The translations under genes and the position numbers were made by a program. 64,000 nucleotides of DNA, taken from contig OZ176053.1 of the NCBI GenBank assembly GCA_964247055.1, positions 1,798,001-1,862,000 of the forward strand. Direction: 5' to 3'. This document shows, one piece after another, positions 60,901 to 64,000 of the stretch. Source of the DNA: Paragordius varius (Eukaryota > Animalia > Nematomorpha). Positions within the stretch are counted from its first letter, which is position 1, and each line of letters opens with the position of its first letter. Below the pieces are notes generated by a model that was given only the letters and a program-made list of their open reading frames with translations, did not search any database and was not told where the DNA came from.

Positions 60901-63900
60901 GAAATAACAATATACCCGCAATGAAAAGGATCCCTAAAAGTTCCATCCGTTGTACAGTTAAATGCATTAGCCTTCCAACCGTTTATACAATAGTCCTTAA
61001 TTTCAGTTTCATTAGTATAAGCATGGGCTGGCGTGGTAGCTATGGAGTTATCCTGTGTTGAAGAGGTTACAGAACTTGAAGTAGGCAGATCCTGGCCTTC
61101 AGTGGTTGCAACTTGCGTCGTAGTGGTAGAAAGAACAGGCGGATTTGTTTGTAAACTTAATTGTTCTATAATAGAATTCATATATAATCATTATAAATCG
61201 CTTTTTAAACTATTTAAAACCATAATATAAATTATTTGGTTATCTAAGGTTATGGATTACATTATATCTCGAATAATCCTAGCTCATAAATGAATCCAAA
61301 ATATGTCCTGTATAAAAATAATGCGACATTTATCACATTTTGAATCAAATTATTGATATGGAAATCACAAATATTTTTGGCGGAAAACGCCATCTTTATG
61401 TCGTTATTAAATCTTTATTAGACTGTATTTAAAGTCATTAACTTATAAAAAAACTTTTTAAATCCATTTGTAAAACCTGTTGACGTGAGAGGCTTTGTAT
61501 AAGGGGTAGTACCACTTGGCTCCGTTGTTACGATGACTGACGATGATGGTTCAATATATGAATCGGTACTTACCAAGTTTCCAACAGTCTCAACAGAGGG
61601 GGCAAGCGATGTTTCTGAACTAGGTTGTTGGGTTAAAACTACCCGCCCGGGTTCAGCTGATGAGAGGGGTTGGACTGATGTTTGATCCGAGGTCGGAACA
61701 ACGTAGGGAACGTAAGGAGTATAAGGAACTGGAGGTAAAGTTGGACAGGTGAAAACCGTTGGTGCTTGTGTACTAGGGATCGGTGGTCTATAATTAGATT
61801 TAGGGGAAAAATTATATGTTTAATTTATTTTTAGTCTAGGGTTGAGCCATTTAAAACAAATTTTAATTAATGGACGAATAGCTTTAACGTATTTTTAATG
61901 CTTAGGCAAGTATCCTGATTTTATTTTTTGTAAATATTTATCAGTTAAAGCCAAATTTCTGGACTCGAAAAAAAAGGATTTAATTTCTAGGTAAATAAAT
62001 GCATCAGATTTACCTATCCAACATTTTATATTTTAAGACTTTTCGATCCAATAATATAGCTCTTATTGGTACTTTACATTCGAAAAATATAAGATTAAAA
62101 ATTTAGTTTAAAATTTACTGGGCTGTTGGTATGACTTGTGGTTGACCCCCGCATACATTGTACTCCTGGAGTCGAGATTTAATGTAATTTATCAAAGGGT
62201 ATTTTCCCTCCCCACAATTAACTCCGGCATGATCGTCGAGAGCCAAACTCCATACCATAGCTCCACCCAAACAATTTTGAAATGTGTAATCAAGCTAGGC
62301 ATACAGTTAAAAAAATGAATTTATTCAAAGTAAAAGACATTTTAAGAGAACCATATTATTAATATATTGTTTTTTTAATGTCGCTCATCAGCATTTTGGA
62401 ATTAATGGGATATAAATTGTTCCACGCTATTCTATAACCTTAATGTAATTAAATATAGTTTATGTTGGAAAAAATAAGGTTTAAAAAAGTATGATTTGTC
62501 ATTTATTTTACACGTTTTATCTGTATTTCAATTTTTATTGTAAATAAATTTTTTCATTACATATTTACGAAAAATTCTAAATTTATTTAAAAATTATATA
62601 AAGCATACCTTGTGTTTTAAACTTTCCTTGTTATCGTAACCAAACCATTGGTCACCCTTAAAAGTGTATGGGACGCGTCCTTCATCATCCCATCGGGAGT
62701 GATAACCTTCATTTTTAACCCGTTGACATAGCTAAAAAATAGGGATTTTACAAAATAAAGATATATCTACAAAAAATATACTAGTTCCTTTCATTGAACC
62801 AGTTATACTCACCAAAAAACTTTAGTCAGCCAAAAAAGATAATATATAGATTAATTCATGGTGTTGCCAGATAGACTCAAAATAATTACGACAAAAAATT
62901 TAATATATAATTCAATAATTTAGCAGGGCTGTCTAAAAAAGGTTTAAACGGTATACAATTTTAAATTACCTCGTAATATCCTAGGATACCATCTTCTTTA
63001 GTATATCTCCCGGGGCGAGCTGGCCCGCTTGCGGTTAAGTTTCTAAAGGCATTAGCTGGATTCGAAGCCAAGTCATCGGGTATAGCTTGATTAAGGGTAA
63101 AACCTCTCCCGTATGTTGGCATACCTACAATAATTTTGTTTTTATCCATTCCATGATCCAACCAATAGTCGATTGCCCATACCTATACATATTGTTATAA
63201 AAATAATTAATTATTCAACACTTTCGATACATGGTAGTTTTTTCAGCATTTTTTTAGGTTTTTTGTTTTATATCTTATTAAATATTTTTAATTTATACTT
63301 TAAATTTTAGTTTATATTTTAATTTTATTCCTACGTTTGACAAAGATTACTAGTAATAATTGAAAATTAACCCAATAAATTTATTAAATTTTAGCTGAAT
63401 TAAAATTGCAATAATAAAAGAAATAATATTGTTCAAATTTTAAAATGATTATATAATATAAAATTTTAAATTATTTAACTTAAAAAATTTACGCACCTTC
63501 CAATTTTATTTTTACCCAAAATCGTTCTCGTTGACCATACAAATTAAAAGATGTTTTTATGTAAAAGGGGATGTTTGTAAAATATATTTATGTAATATGT
63601 GATAATTATAATTATATGGCAAATTATGGCACTACCAAACTAAGGGTATCTACACTCGAATTGTAAGGTGCATTGAGCCCGGTGTTGGATTCCCAAGCGC
63701 CGTGGAAATCATAAGTAAGAAGATTGATAAAGTCCAAATATCTGGGAAAATAAAAATAAGTTACCCCAATGGTTATATTTAAAAAAGATGGGAAAATATG
63801 AATGTAAATTAGTAAAAATTTTAAAATAGTGACAAATAAAACAAAATAGCCTTTTTAAAATAATTTTTTTCCAGTTTTTAACCTAAAGTATTAAAAATGC

Positions 63901-64000
63901 TTTATACTTGTTTAATTCAGCTACATGATAACCACTATCAATTTTATCTTTCCCCGCTGAGACTGCTGCCGTCAATAGGAGTTTCTTTCCGGAGGCATCA
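45931..64000 (-). CDS. Multi-domain chitinase (GH18 - PST linker - 2x CBM14 - GH18 - long orphan tail); 5' end outside window
   Basis: 20 phase-consistent exons: >64000-63908, 63741-63636, 63182-62970, 62731-62609, 62294-62119, 61787-61513, 61165-60916, 60673-60486, 60206-59858, 59562-59171, 58728-58561, 58449-58353, 57627-57459, 57181-57060, 56911-56806, 56530-56345, 49041-48913, 48695-48525, 48148-47860, 47309-45931. GH18 motifs: TYDFHGAW, GMPTYGR, GGAMVWSLALDD (domain 1); CYYTSW, GLGGWN, DGIDLDWEYP, GAIVWDLALDD (domain 2). Confidence 0.92.
49520..51483 (+). mobile_element. RTE-type LINE C, 5' part (APE endonuclease and N-terminal RT), frameshifted
   Basis: ORF 49686-50630 (RIATWNLRG, LGISESH, ILGDFNS, IDFIL, SDHNLL). 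RT fragment 50994-51483 (YRTIALI, QAGFRKGRGCRD, FVDFSKAFDSI), cut at ...KQLG. The 5' boundary is approximate. Confidence 0.9.
51484..51777 (+). repeat. 5' LTR of the Gypsy element (294 bp); no partner LTR
   Basis: Begins TGT exactly where LINE C coding stops and ends ACA. It is AT-rich with AATAAA and is followed 1 nt later by TGG. Confidence 0.75.
51779..51786 (+). promoter_or_regulatory. Putative primer binding site
   Basis: TGGTGGCA is complementary to a tRNA 3' end ...UGCCACCA, as in eukaryotic tRNA-Leu. The match is only 8 nt. Confidence 0.5.
51844..55585 (+). mobile_element. Ty3/Gypsy gag-pol (Mag-like), two frameshifts, 3' end deleted
   Basis: Gag with CX2CX3HX4C and CX2CX4HX4C knuckles, protease DTGA, RT (KIDLKDAY, YLDD), RNase H (TDAS, ELKAI, TDH) and integrase (H..H...C..C, HIDIAGP, SDNA, NGMVER), in Gypsy domain order. 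Frame breaks near 53310 and 54313. Confidence 0.92.
55586..56150 (+). mobile_element. RTE-type LINE C, 3' part with (CAA)n tail
   Basis: EIKRRIAIAK...KIRLIKATVFPTFMYGGESWTL...FELWVWRKLL...FFGHIMR...RWMD, stop at 56133, then caaacaacaacaacaa. Confidence 0.88.

Overview
AT-rich, intron-containing invertebrate (metazoan) nuclear DNA in the standard code. The species cannot be determined from the sequence. I assembled seven protein genes by hand from GT-AG splice sites with consistent phases: GORASP/GRASP (-), PIGK/GPI8 (+), RBM5/10 (+), intronless NEDD8 (-), an Lsm-fold NAA38/LSMD1-like ORF (+), TAF11 (+), and the 3' part of a large multi-domain GH18 chitinase (-) that runs off the right edge. 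Introns and intergenic DNA contain several mobile elements: two non-autonomous Helitrons, TA-flanked MITE/foldback families, three RTE-type LINEs, a Ty3/Gypsy element and tandem arrays. The most notable observations are five. (1) A very compact NEDD8<-/->NAA38->TAF11 cluster in which NAA38 has no usable in-frame AUG and is in frame with TAF11 across one TAA plus 9 nt, suggesting a bicistronic mRNA with non-AUG initiation or readthrough. (2) Obligatory 29, 32 and 33 nt micro-introns in genes whose other introns reach kb scale. (3) A 6.9 kb composite in a chitinase intron, bounded by TIRs and TA, nested MITE > LINE > Gypsy, with an in-frame integrase/LINE-RT C-terminus fusion ORF. (4) A PHD finger embedded inside the RT region of two LINEs. 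(5) An orphan tail of about 570 aa on the chitinase. All coordinates were counted by hand and may be off by a few bases. Family assignments come from motif recognition; no database search was run.
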